Below, in pieces: positions 1 to 9,369 of a DNA stretch of 32,000 nt; within the stretch, counting starts at the first letter, position 1; each line of letters begins with the position of its first letter. Source of the DNA: Erysipelotrichaceae bacterium (lineage in GTDB: Bacteria > Bacillota_I > Bacilli_A > Erysipelotrichales > Erysipelotrichaceae). The DNA lies in NCBI GenBank assembly GCA_963663995.1, contig OY760660.1, positions 840,001 to 872,000 on the forward strand, in the 5' to 3' direction. Position numbers and translations under genes: made by a program. The notes beneath the pieces are model-generated. The model was given only the letters and a program-made list of their open reading frames with translations, did not search any database and was not told the origin of the DNA.

Positions 1-687
1 GGATAGTTTTCTACCTCGTTTAATCCCAACAACATTACTTGCATGTTGACGATAGTTAATTAAAGGTTCATTAATTCCGATGATTTCTTTTCTTAATGCA
101 GCATTTGTTGCAATCCAATCATCGTGATATACATCATCCGGAATATCTTTAATATCCATGAAAAAAGATTTCTTAAATGACATACAACATCCAGCCATTG
201 ATCGCCCTAGATATAAAAGACTAAAAATACTCGCTTGTCCTTTTTCTTTATCTAAGATTAATTTTTCAGGCCATAATGTGGAAATGGTGCTAACTCCATC
301 TTCCTTAACAACATTCGCATTTGAATAGACTAAGTCTACATCAGGGTTATTTCTAAATTCATTTAGATGTTTTTCAAGCTTCATTTTATCCCAAATATCA
401 TCTTGATCACAAGTAAAAACAAGATCACTAGTACACTGCGTAATCGCAAATGGAAAGTTCTTAAAAACACCTAAACCTTTGTCTTGTGTATAGATTTTAT
501 AGTTTATTCCTGATGATTTTAAAACATGATCAATTAATTCAACAGTTCTATCTTTTGAACAATCATCCGAAATAATAATCTCATCTGGTTTATGAGTTTG
601 ATTAATCAATGATTGAATTTGTTCTTCAATATACTTTTCACCATTGTAGGTACAAAGTGCTATTGAAATAGTAAAGTCTTTTCCCAT
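1..687 (-). CDS. Glycosyltransferase family 2 (soluble GT-A), N-terminal 229 codons; 3' end runs off the window
   Basis: Absent from the ORF track because it is open to position 1. My minus-strand translation from ATG 687..685 reads MGKDFTISIALCTYNGEKYIEEQIQSLINQTHKPDEIIISDDCSKDRTV...CDQDDIWDKMKL, a typical GT2 N-terminus with SDD and QDD acidic motifs. The start lies 1 nt after the rmlC stop codon (689..691). Confidence 0.8.
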   Translation of the reverse strand, partial: MGKDFTISIALCTYNGEKYIEEQIQSLINQTHKPDEIIISDDCSKDRTVELIDHVLKSSGINYKIYTQDKGLGVFKNFPFAITQCTSDLVFTCDQDDIWDKMKLEKHLNEFRNNPDVDLVYSNANVVKEDGVSTISTLWPEKLILDKEKGQASIFSLLYLGRSMAGCCMSFKKSFFMDIKDIPDDVYHDDWIATNAALRKEIIGINEPLINYRQHASNVVGIKRGRKLS

Positions 688-688
688 T

Positions 689-1228
689 TTATTTCCAAAG
701 TGGTAACTTAGCATCCTTATCAGAAACAATAATTTCGTTGATATTAATATATTTATTCCACTCAACACCAATGTTTGAATCTAAATAATGAATACCACCA
801 TCATTTTCTTTTGAGTAAATATTATCAACTTTATATGCCACTTCAACATTATCTTCTAAAGTTAGAAAGCCATGAGCAAATCCGCGAGGAATAAACATTT
901 GCTTCTTTTCTTTATCATCTAACACAATACCGAACCATTGTAGATAGGTAGGACTACTTTTTCTTAAATCGACAGCAACATCATAAATTGAGCCTTTTAT
1001 GCACCGAACAAGTTTTGCCTGCTCATAAGGTGCTGTTTGAAAATGTAAGCCTCTTAATGTACCTTTTGACACGGACAGAGATTGATTATCTTGAACAAAA
1101 TTTGAATTTATCCCTACTTTACTGTATTTATCCTCATGATATGTTTCCATAAACCATCCACGGTTATCTTCAAAGATTTGTGGTACGATTACAATCAAAC
1201 TCTCAATTGGGGTTTTTTCAATCTTCAT
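689..1228 (-). CDS. rfbC: dTDP-4-dehydrorhamnose 3,5-epimerase
   Basis: 179 aa with the RmlC cupin signature: FEDNRGWF, LRGLHFQ, KLVRCIKGSIYDVAVDLR, IPRGFAHGF. ATG at 1228..1226 lies 1 nt after the rmlD stop. Confidence 0.93.
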   Translation of the reverse strand: MKIEKTPIESLIVIVPQIFEDNRGWFMETYHEDKYSKVGINSNFVQDNQSLSVSKGTLRGLHFQTAPYEQAKLVRCIKGSIYDVAVDLRKSSPTYLQWFGIVLDDKEKKQMFIPRGFAHGFLTLEDNVEVAYKVDNIYSKENDGGIHYLDSNIGVEWNKYININEIIVSDKDAKLPLWK

Positions 1229-1229
1229 C

Positions 1230-2075
1230 TTATTTCTCCGTATCTATTACTTTTAAATAACGATTTACCGCATCTTTCCAATGTGGTAAAGTTGTAAATC
1301 CAAAATTTTTAATTTTTTCTTTTGATAGACGTGAATTTAATGGTCGATTTGCTTTATATGAATAATCCTTTGTTTTTAAAGATTTGATTAAACAAGTACT
1401 GTTCTTAACTAGTTTAATATAATTTGCTAAATCATACCATGAACAAAAGCCTTCATTACCTATATGAAATGTTCCATATTGGTTACTATTAAAAATCTCA
1501 ATAACACTTGTAGCGATATCAACACTGTAACTAGGACTGCCAATTTGATCGTCCACTATACTTAATGAATCTTTAGAATCCATAAGTTTACTAATGGTTT
1601 TAATAAAGTTGTTCCCATTACCAAACAGCCATGTGACACGTACAATAAAATATTTACTTAAATTTGATTTAAGTTCTTCCTCTGATACATTTTTGGTATA
1701 ACCATAATAGTTAATTGGATTTGTATTATCTTCTTCAACATAGACATCATCTTTAGTCCCATCAAAAACATAATCACTGCTTATAAATAAAAACTTTGCA
1801 TCTTTTTCATTGCATATTTGAATAAGATTATGTGTCGCAACAACATTATTTGAGTAACATAAATCATGATTATCTTCAGCATCATCTACTTTTGTATAGG
1901 CGGCACAGTGAATAATACCTTCTACGTTTTTATCACAAAAGTAAAGTTTCATAGCTTCGAAATCTGTCAAATCAAAATCCTGACGTGATAAACCAATACA
2001 GTCTATGTGTTGTTTGACCAATGCTCTATATATTTCACTTCCTAGTTGTCCATTTACACCAGTTATATAAATCAT
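1230..2075 (-). CDS. rfbD: dTDP-4-dehydrorhamnose reductase
   Basis: 281 aa. N-terminal Rossmann ITGVNGQLGSE, then AAYTKVDDAE, SSDYVFDG and YGYTK (YxxxK), matching RmlD length and motif order. It sits directly upstream of rmlC. Confidence 0.9.
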   Translation of the reverse strand: MIYITGVNGQLGSEIYRALVKQHIDCIGLSRQDFDLTDFEAMKLYFCDKNVEGIIHCAAYTKVDDAEDNHDLCYSNNVVATHNLIQICNEKDAKFLFISSDYVFDGTKDDVYVEEDNTNPINYYGYTKNVSEEELKSNLSKYFIVRVTWLFGNGNNFIKTISKLMDSKDSLSIVDDQIGSPSYSVDIATSVIEIFNSNQYGTFHIGNEGFCSWYDLANYIKLVKNSTCLIKSLKTKDYSYKANRPLNSRLSKEKIKNFGFTTLPHWKDAVNRYLKVIDTEK

Positions 2076-2077
2076 TC

Positions 2078-3043
2078 TTAACCTCTTGTCTTTACTATGT
2101 ATGAAAATATATTCAGTGTGAAGTCACTCAATGTCTTTAAGTACCATCGATACTTTAGTGGTAATTCTTTTATATAAATATTTGATTTCCATTTAGGAAA
2201 ATGATTCGACATCCACTTAAAGCTTTGACTCATTAGTTGTTTACTGAAGTCTGAACGATAAGCTCTGAAACTTCCATACAACATGAGTTGTTCGATCGCT
2301 ACATATTCTAATTCATTTTTAAATTCATTTTCTAAACCTAATTCTGTAAATTTTTTAATAAGTAAATCTAGGATGGTAAATATTTCAAACATTCTGATAT
2401 TAGATTTAGAACCCATAATTGATTGAGTTCTTTGCATATAATGTACTGCTGTTTTATCTGTGTATGAAAAGTTACTGCATAAGGCAAAGATTGGACATGT
2501 TACAGGAATATCTTCATACCATAAATTTAAGGGATATTCAAAATGATGGCATACGAAGAATTCACGTTTGTATAGTTTGTTCCATGCGAAAAGAGGAGAT
2601 AAAAATAGACGTTTTTTATTTATTTCATTTCCTTGATACCCTTTTAAGATCGTAGATTTATCTGTGTTTTCCCACTCATATTTAACATCACATAAAACTA
2701 AGTTTGATTGATCTTTGACGGCAATTGTATAAAGAATTTCAAAGTGATTAGGGTCAATATAATCATCCCCATCAATAAAACCTAAATAATCTCCTGTACA
2801 AAACTTAACCCCATAATTACGGGCATCACTTAGTCCCCCATTTTGTTTTGTAAATGACTTGAAAATGTGAGGATATCTTAAAACAAAATCGTCTATGATT
2901 GATTGAGATTGATCAGTTGATCCATCATTAACGCACAAAACTTCAATCTGATCTAAAGTTTGTTTGGCTAATGAATCTAAACATTTGAAAAGATACTTTT
3001 CTACATTATAGATTGGAACAACTATGCTCACTTTGATGCTCAT
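2078..3043 (-). CDS. Glycosyltransferase family 2 (soluble)
   Basis: 321 aa with VSIVVPIYNVEKYL, VNDGSTDQS, GGLSDARNYG and IDGDDYID motifs. It is a clear paralog of the GT2 at 22153..23100. ATGA start/stop overlap with the upstream gene at 3040..3043. Confidence 0.85.
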   Translation of the reverse strand: MSIKVSIVVPIYNVEKYLFKCLDSLAKQTLDQIEVLCVNDGSTDQSQSIIDDFVLRYPHIFKSFTKQNGGLSDARNYGVKFCTGDYLGFIDGDDYIDPNHFEILYTIAVKDQSNLVLCDVKYEWENTDKSTILKGYQGNEINKKRLFLSPLFAWNKLYKREFFVCHHFEYPLNLWYEDIPVTCPIFALCSNFSYTDKTAVHYMQRTQSIMGSKSNIRMFEIFTILDLLIKKFTELGLENEFKNELEYVAIEQLMLYGSFRAYRSDFSKQLMSQSFKWMSNHFPKWKSNIYIKELPLKYRWYLKTLSDFTLNIFSYIVKTRG

Positions 3044-5103
3044 TGTGTCACCTTACGTAATCTAAATTCATAATTTTCATAGATGACATCTGTACAATCA
3101 TTGATGGCTTGATCAAAGGGAGCATTTTCCCATATTTCATTTATCACATAATCAATATTATATTTAACTAAGTAAGAACAAGATTTTGTGTAGTCTATAT
3201 CCTCAGGACGCTCTTCCCATCCATACCATAGACGCGCTACTTGATAGAAATCTTGATCTATTCTATCCCACGTTGACCAATACTGTCGAGCTGTAAATAC
3301 TTGATAAACGTCTGGTAAAAATGTTCTTAATCCATCAACTTGAGAAACAACTGTAATTTGATGATCACTCGTAATATCTAAACGTTCATATTCATCCTGA
3401 AAAGCTCTAATCACTTCTAATTCACTATTTTTAATTTTATATAAAGGTAAAACAGTTTTACCTTCGTTGATATAGTAGCCATAGGAAGCACCCGTATCTG
3501 CAAGAACAAAACTTTGATAGTTACTAATAATGACAATAGACACAAATGAAACAACGATAAGACTTCGTAAAGATTTGATGTTCCAAAATCGATTTAAAAG
3601 CAGACCAAATATTAATATTTCAGAGAAAACATTGAACAACGATTCAAAAGCTCGATAATATACATTCGAAGCAAACATTCTTGAAATAAAACTTGTTGTG
3701 AGTGGATTTAAGAAGAATAGTAAGACAAATGCTGATTGCCACAAATAATAGTTAATTTGTTTTTGTTTATTTCGGGTAGCGATAAGAGATAGTAAACCTA
3801 ACCATCTAAAAACATTCAACAAGTTATCCATCCAATTAGAATGAATAAATAAATAATCTTTAACCATGTCATAATTTGCATGATTATTAAAATAGTGATA
3901 AATGCTCCAGATATACTCGGGGTGAGTAATCACATCCCAGATCGAATAAGCAATCGCAATTAATGGTAATATCACTAAAAATATTAATTTTGCATGTTTA
4001 GAAACAGTACTATTTATCGATTTTAAGATATTTTGAAATTTCGTATTAAATAACATTGAATAAAATAAAACACTGAAAAGCACTAATGGTAATAAAAGTG
4101 AGATGTAATCTTTATAAACGATGGCTAAAACATATAAAACCATTGGCAATCCAATAAGCGCTACATACTGAAATGCTTCATCATTTTTACTTAAATATAA
4201 ATAAAAAGTAAAACCAAATAAAATTGCAAAACCAATGAATAAAGAAGATGAAGAAGCCGCAATAGATGCACCAAAAATAATGGATGCGAATGCTAAGTAA
4301 TATTTATTGTTTTCTTTAACATAGAGAAATAAGAAGTACATAAACATTGCCATAAACAATGACCGATAGGTATTACCATAAAAAGAAAAAGCTGTTTTCC
4401 AATAATAAAGATTTGTATAAAATAATGTAAAGAAAAGAATGATGTTATCTAACCAAATTGATTTCCAATTAAACGACTTAACAATATTAACAATTAGCAT
4501 CGCAGATATGAGTGAATATATAGAGCCTAATCCCCACATACTAATCACAATACTATCGATTGTAGACCCAATTGAGAGTAAATTTGAAAAAGAATTTACA
4601 AAAACATTTAGGAATGCTGCAAAATGAAAATAACCTTGAAATAAATAGATAGTTACAAACTCACTTCCCCTTAATCCTGTCCATAAATTAAAATCATTTA
4701 ACTTATCAATGTCAACATTTTGCGCAATATAGTTTAAATACATTTGTCCATCAGCACGAGGGATTGATATCGAGGATTTGTAAAAAATCGTGAGAAATAC
4801 AAGAAAAAAAACGAGAATCCAAAGTGTTTCCCATCTTAAATATTCATAAAAAATATCTTTTATATTTAACAAAGAATAAATAAGAAGCAGCCCATAAATT
4901 ATGGTAGTTATTACATGAATATAATAACTACTTAAGTTGAAGAGTTGTATAGGATAATAAAATAATTGAAGTGAAAATAAAAGAAAAGCAAATCCAAGTG
5001 GTGCACTATAGAGTTGTTTAATACTTGTTTTCTTTGTTAAAAAAGAGCCTAAACCTGTTGAAATAAAAATTGTTATTCCAACAACAAAAAATATTTTAAC
5101 CAT
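3040..5103 (-). CDS. Large polytopic membrane protein with soluble C-terminal domain; possible GT-C-type transferase or polymerase
   Basis: 687 aa. Many hydrophobic helices cover the first ~520 aa, followed by a ~150-aa hydrophilic C-terminal domain. ATG at 5103 overlaps the upstream GT2 stop by 8 nt. I recognise no named family motif; the role is inferred only from pairing with the membrane-anchored GT2 upstream. Confidence 0.55.
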   Translation of the reverse strand: MVKIFFVVGITIFISTGLGSFLTKKTSIKQLYSAPLGFAFLLFSLQLFYYPIQLFNLSSYYIHVITTIIYGLLLIYSLLNIKDIFYEYLRWETLWILVFFLVFLTIFYKSSISIPRADGQMYLNYIAQNVDIDKLNDFNLWTGLRGSEFVTIYLFQGYFHFAAFLNVFVNSFSNLLSIGSTIDSIVISMWGLGSIYSLISAMLIVNIVKSFNWKSIWLDNIILFFTLFYTNLYYWKTAFSFYGNTYRSLFMAMFMYFLFLYVKENNKYYLAFASIIFGASIAASSSSLFIGFAILFGFTFYLYLSKNDEAFQYVALIGLPMVLYVLAIVYKDYISLLLPLVLFSVLFYSMLFNTKFQNILKSINSTVSKHAKLIFLVILPLIAIAYSIWDVITHPEYIWSIYHYFNNHANYDMVKDYLFIHSNWMDNLLNVFRWLGLLSLIATRNKQKQINYYLWQSAFVLLFFLNPLTTSFISRMFASNVYYRAFESLFNVFSEILIFGLLLNRFWNIKSLRSLIVVSFVSIVIISNYQSFVLADTGASYGYYINEGKTVLPLYKIKNSELEVIRAFQDEYERLDITSDHQITVVSQVDGLRTFLPDVYQVFTARQYWSTWDRIDQDFYQVARLWYGWEERPEDIDYTKSCSYLVKYNIDYVINEIWENAPFDQAINDCTDVIYENYEFRLRKVTQ

Positions 5104-6052
5104 TACTTACATCTTCACTTATTCTTATTTTTTCATTTGTCACAAACGATTTTAAAGTTTGTTCATAATTTAGTCTATTATAGTAAGCTAACGAATCCAG
5201 TATTAAAGCTACCATAAAAAACAAAAACGCTACAATTGCTAATCCACTTGCTAAGATTGCTAAAGGTACATGAGTAATATATTGAGTATTAATAAATTCA
5301 ATAATAACAGGCGTTCCAAAGCTCAAAGATAATAATATGAATAAAAAAGAAATAATTCCAAAGAACAACATTGGTCTTGTATGTTTAAACAAGGAAGATA
5401 GAACAGATAAGACTCTTATACCATCTCTCACTGTATTTAGTTTTGAAAAACTACCTTCTGGTCGATCACGGTAGATGATAGGAAATTCTAAAATATTAAA
5501 ACGATAACTCAAGGCAAAAATCGTCATCTCTGTTTCAATTTGAAATCCTTCGCTTAATACTGGAAAGTTTTTAACAAAAAATCGACTAAAAACGCGATAC
5601 CCTGTCATAATGTCATTTAAATTACTTTTAAAAATATTATTCACTAATTGTTGTACGAGATTATTTCCGAAATTATGAAAGTTTCTTTTATTCTCTGAAC
5701 TATATGTTCCATTAGACAATCGATCACCGATTAACATATCAATCTTTTTTGCCTCTACCAGATCAATCATCGCTTGTGCAACTTCAGCAGGATAAGTGTC
5801 ATCTCCGTCTACAAGCACATAAACATCCGCATCAATTTCGCGAAACATTGTACGCACAACATTTCCTTTTCCTTGTTTTGTTTCTTTTCGTACAATCGCT
5901 CCAGCATTTAAAGCTTCTTCAATTGTTCGATCTTTTGAATTATTATCATAAACATAGATATCTGAGTTTGGGAGTGATTTTTTAAAATCTAAAACAACTT
6001 TTTTTATAGTTAATTCTTCGTTATAACATGGTATTAAAACTGCAATTTTCAT
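5096..6052 (-). CDS. GT2 glycosyltransferase with C-terminal TM helices (polyprenyl-phosphate sugar synthase-like)
   Basis: MKIAVLIPCYNEE, YDNNSKDRT, GKGN and VDGDDTY motifs, then two C-terminal hydrophobic helices (FFGIISFLFILLSL, LAILASGLAIVAFLFFMVALIL). I prefer ATG 6052..6050 (AGGAG 5 nt upstream) over the ORF-track ATG at 6070, which has no SD. Confidence 0.8.
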   Translation of the reverse strand: MKIAVLIPCYNEELTIKKVVLDFKKSLPNSDIYVYDNNSKDRTIEEALNAGAIVRKETKQGKGNVVRTMFREIDADVYVLVDGDDTYPAEVAQAMIDLVEAKKIDMLIGDRLSNGTYSSENKRNFHNFGNNLVQQLVNNIFKSNLNDIMTGYRVFSRFFVKNFPVLSEGFQIETEMTIFALSYRFNILEFPIIYRDRPEGSFSKLNTVRDGIRVLSVLSSLFKHTRPMLFFGIISFLFILLSLSFGTPVIIEFINTQYITHVPLAILASGLAIVAFLFFMVALILDSLAYYNRLNYEQTLKSFVTNEKIRISEDVSNG

Positions 6053-6073
6053 AGGTACTCCTGTGTCCATTAA

Positions 6074-6082
6074 ATTTTATCA
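6074..6082 (-). promoter_or_regulatory. Possible extended -10 element (TGATAAAAT) for the 6052 transcription unit
   Basis: The minus strand reads TGATAAAAT, 21 nt upstream of ATG 6052 and just downstream of the hairpin at 6109..6129. No convincing -35. AT-rich DNA produces such matches easily. Confidence 0.3.
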
Positions 6083-6108
6083 TAAGTGTTATTTATATTA
6101 AATAAATT

Positions 6109-6129
6109 AAAAGAGGTTCTACCTCTTTT
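6109..6129 (-). terminator. Rho-independent terminator-like hairpin after the LCP gene
   Basis: Perfect 9-bp inverted repeat aaaagaggt / tct / acctctttt, starting 7 nt after the LCP stop (6136..6138). On the minus strand it is followed by a T-rich tail (ttttaatttattt). This is the only sizeable hairpin I found in an intergenic gap. Confidence 0.55.
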
Positions 6130-6135
6130 AATAAG

Positions 6136-8667
6136 TTATGGAGTAGTTGAAGGTTCTGTAACAGTAGGAGCGACATATTTGTAAACTTCGAATGTAACAA
6201 TAGTATCTTTCCAAACTGTCTTAAGTTTGATAGTACCAGCAACAACGTTTTGTGATTTGATAACCCCATCTTTAGTTTGGTCAGCTATTTCGACTTCTAT
6301 ATAATTACAAATCAATATATTTGTAGAACATAAGTCAGTATCTACAACTGTTTTAAGTTTATCTTTATAATCTAATAATTTATAACCTTCACCATAAACC
6401 TGTACAGCTAAATTTTCCTTAACTTTAATTTTTGACTCTGCAATAGGAACAGTTTTCACTACTGTATTGAGTAGAATTGAATCAAGCGTTGGTACATAGG
6501 TAACGACGATATTATTCTTAGAATACATATTTTCTTCAACCCAAGATTTTGCTTCTTCTAGTGTCCAAGTAAGCATATTAGGTACAATTACTGAATAATT
6601 ACTATCCATAATCGTTAAGTTAAGTGAATCTAAGTTTCTCACATCAGTCCATTCAACAGGAGATTGATCATATACATAACCAATAAAGCTCTTATCAAAA
6701 CGTACATCTGTTTCAGGAATAACAGTGTAAGTTAATTTCACATTATAGTTGTTTGCCCAATCAATGACTTTACTGATAAGTGTTTTTGTTGTAGTGAAAT
6801 CGGGTAGTTTATAGTAACATTCATCATATTTCATATTGTCGCTTATATTACAGTCAAGATCATGTTTTATAACTTTTAATGACAAATTTGAAAAGTTACT
6901 AGTTTTAATACCATATCTAACACTTTGTCCAACAATGTAATTATGTTCAACATCAGATGTATATAATGCGTTCCCAGATTTAATTTCTTCTACAGAAAGT
7001 GTAATCCCTCGTGTTGATGCCCATTCTCTTGCCTTCTCTAGAGTCCAATCGTTATAACTCATCGTTGGCATGTAATCCGGAAGTACTTCATGAATTTCTT
7101 TTTCATCATATGTTCTTGAAAAATAGTCTTCTCTGTATAAAACCAAAGATGCATTAAACTGAACTGATAATTCATCAGTAATATTAGTTGGTTGTGCTAA
7201 ATTTGATTCCATTAAACTTCTTAAATCAGCTATTGATCCTTCATAAGGTTTCATTATCCATAACGGTAATTGTAGTTCTTCGTTATAGAAATAATCAGAA
7301 TATCCTAATACTCTTGAACCAGTAGTTAACAAAATTGAATCAGTTGTTAATCCTGTTTTATTCATAGTCCTTAATAATAAATTAAAGATATCAATCATTT
7401 GACTTAATGGCATGTTTGTTTGGACATTTGCACCTGCAGCATCTAAAACTTCAATGGCTCTATTTATATCTTTCAATTCTAAAGTTCTTTGTATTATTGA
7501 CTGAATAACTGCTTGTTGGTTGACTTGTCTAGTATAATCACCATTTGGCATATGATATCTCTCACGAGCTAAAGCTAAAGCCTGTTCACCTGTAGCCCAA
7601 AAACCACCTTCTGGTACCCAAACTGTATAAGTTCCACGCTGATCATCAGAGTTTTGACCAACAAATTCAACTGGTGAAGTTAACCACACTTTATCCAGAG
7701 CATCTACAATATCCACAACCCCTTGAAAATTAACCGTTAAATAATAATCAATATCAATACCAAATAAATTTGAAACAGTATCAACCGCACATTCTTTACT
7801 TACTGCATAAGCGTGACCTAATTTATCCTTTTCTTGATTGGGATAACATGCAATAGGTACATAACTATCACGAGCAATACTAGTCATAGTAATTGATAGC
7901 GTTACAGGATTAAACGTTGTTAAAATCATACTATCTGAACGTCCACCATCTGTTCCAAACACCAAAATGGTAAATGGATCTTTTGTAACATCTAAATCAG
8001 AACTTTCATTAATTACTTCGTATGTATAGTTAAAGGTATAAACAGTATTTGTCTCTTCTAAAAACGTATTATACCCTTCATAATCTCCATATTGTTTTTG
8101 ATAATCTGCTGGTAATACCGCTATATCAATATCATTGTTAAAAAGACCAAGTAACATTTCATTGTAAGAAATATATTCAACATAACTTACATTAAGTCCC
8201 AAATCTATAATTTCATTCTTAACATATGCATTTCGATCATTTTCATCAGTGTTTGATAAAACACCAAACTTTGCATTATTTAAATCTTCAACAGAAGTCC
8301 AATCATTATGTTGGTAGGATGCAAAAGCAGTTTCAACTGTTGTTTGTTGGTTTCTGTCAACAATAACTTGATTAATACTTGCATTAATTCTAATAAGGTA
8401 ATAATTCCCAAATAATGACATTACTAGAAGAATGGACATAAGAATATATCCACCAATCCACAATAGTTTTCGTTTCAGGATATTACCTTCGATGATTAAA
8501 ATGGCTGAACCAATAACTAATAAGTACAATATAAAAAACAATGAAGCATATATTGTTATATTTAATTTACTATAACTGACGCTTTGAATTAATAAAAATG
8601 TCAAGCTAATAAATGAGAATATGATTGCTGTTAAAGCTGTATAATTTTTTACGGTTTTTTTAAACAT
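6136..8667 (-). CDS. LytR-CpsA-Psr (LCP) family glycopolymer-peptidoglycan ligase with C-terminal PASTA-like repeats
   Basis: 843 aa with N-terminal TM helices. LCP core: FTILVFGTDGGRSDSMILTTFNP, SIARDSYVPI, GHAYA, TVNFQGVVDIVDAL, ARERYHMPNGDYTRQVNQQAV. The C-terminal ~310 aa holds 3-4 repeats of PASTA-like pattern. RBS AGGGAG lies 8 nt upstream of ATG 8667. Confidence 0.85.
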   Translation of the reverse strand: MFKKTVKNYTALTAIIFSFISLTFLLIQSVSYSKLNITIYASLFFILYLLVIGSAILIIEGNILKRKLLWIGGYILMSILLVMSLFGNYYLIRINASINQVIVDRNQQTTVETAFASYQHNDWTSVEDLNNAKFGVLSNTDENDRNAYVKNEIIDLGLNVSYVEYISYNEMLLGLFNNDIDIAVLPADYQKQYGDYEGYNTFLEETNTVYTFNYTYEVINESSDLDVTKDPFTILVFGTDGGRSDSMILTTFNPVTLSITMTSIARDSYVPIACYPNQEKDKLGHAYAVSKECAVDTVSNLFGIDIDYYLTVNFQGVVDIVDALDKVWLTSPVEFVGQNSDDQRGTYTVWVPEGGFWATGEQALALARERYHMPNGDYTRQVNQQAVIQSIIQRTLELKDINRAIEVLDAAGANVQTNMPLSQMIDIFNLLLRTMNKTGLTTDSILLTTGSRVLGYSDYFYNEELQLPLWIMKPYEGSIADLRSLMESNLAQPTNITDELSVQFNASLVLYREDYFSRTYDEKEIHEVLPDYMPTMSYNDWTLEKAREWASTRGITLSVEEIKSGNALYTSDVEHNYIVGQSVRYGIKTSNFSNLSLKVIKHDLDCNISDNMKYDECYYKLPDFTTTKTLISKVIDWANNYNVKLTYTVIPETDVRFDKSFIGYVYDQSPVEWTDVRNLDSLNLTIMDSNYSVIVPNMLTWTLEEAKSWVEENMYSKNNIVVTYVPTLDSILLNTVVKTVPIAESKIKVKENLAVQVYGEGYKLLDYKDKLKTVVDTDLCSTNILICNYIEVEIADQTKDGVIKSQNVVAGTIKLKTVWKDTIVTFEVYKYVAPTVTEPSTTP

Positions 8668-8678
8668 ATTATTACTCC

Positions 8679-9329
8679 CTAATAAAATCTAACAACTTCA
8701 ATACGACCATCTTCGCGTTCTATTAAAGTAATAGCGGCTGAATTTGGGAATAATGTTGTATCAATAATTTCACTTTCTTTATATGTCCAAGATAACTCAA
8801 TATAAAAACTCAAATATGATGTTCCATAATAATCATAATCAACACTATAAGAAGCTATTGAATCAGAAACTGTTTCAACTTCAACCAAATCTGTTAAAGC
8901 GATATTAGTATTTATATAGTCATACATTTTATTGTAATAATAAAGGCGAGATGAAAAGTAAAAGTTAGTACCTTCTTCAGGCATGATAAATTCACTACCA
9001 CCTATATCGTATACCCCTGCTTTATTACTCCAAGTATAATAATCTGCAACAAAACTTTTTGCGACTAACTCAGCTATGACTAGTCTTTGGGGATTATCAC
9101 TTTCAATTTCTGAGGTTAATTTGTCAAATAAATCTCTCTCTAAAGAAGTTGGATTACCTTTTAATGAATAATAATCATTAGAATTAATGACTTGCTCTGC
9201 TTCAGATGAACTATTAGACATAATCCCGAAAACAAAAATAAATATGCCTAAAAAGAGTGTAACAATAAATACTATTAGGCCATAATATAATTTTCGATTA
9301 CGATGAAATCCTTTTATAAATTTTTCCAT
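8679..9329 (-). CDS. Hypothetical membrane-anchored extracytoplasmic protein
   Basis: 216 aa with a single N-terminal TM (YYGLIVFIVTLFLGIFIFVFGI) followed by a Tyr/Ser-rich soluble domain. No family recognised. It lies between a YfhO gene and the LCP gene in the same operon. Confidence 0.6.
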   Translation of the reverse strand: MEKFIKGFHRNRKLYYGLIVFIVTLFLGIFIFVFGIMSNSSSEAEQVINSNDYYSLKGNPTSLERDLFDKLTSEIESDNPQRLVIAELVAKSFVADYYTWSNKAGVYDIGGSEFIMPEEGTNFYFSSRLYYYNKMYDYINTNIALTDLVEVETVSDSIASYSVDYDYYGTSYLSFYIELSWTYKESEIIDTTLFPNSAAITLIEREDGRIEVVRFY

Positions 9330-9369
9330 TTTTTACCGCGTCAGATAATAATTAGAGTAGATTTATATT

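Noticed and set aside
2419-2655. Short opposite-strand ORFs in the track: 2419-2655, 4439-4627, 5749-5985, 11991-12221, 19385-19630, 26796-27029 and 29737-30096 on the plus strand; 25001-25192 and 25220-25456 on the minus strand.
   Set aside because: Each lies wholly inside a long, motif-supported CDS on the other strand. All have low-complexity, AT-codon-driven sequences (I/L/F/K/N-rich), no RBS and no recognisable motif. They are expected antisense artefacts in AT-rich DNA.
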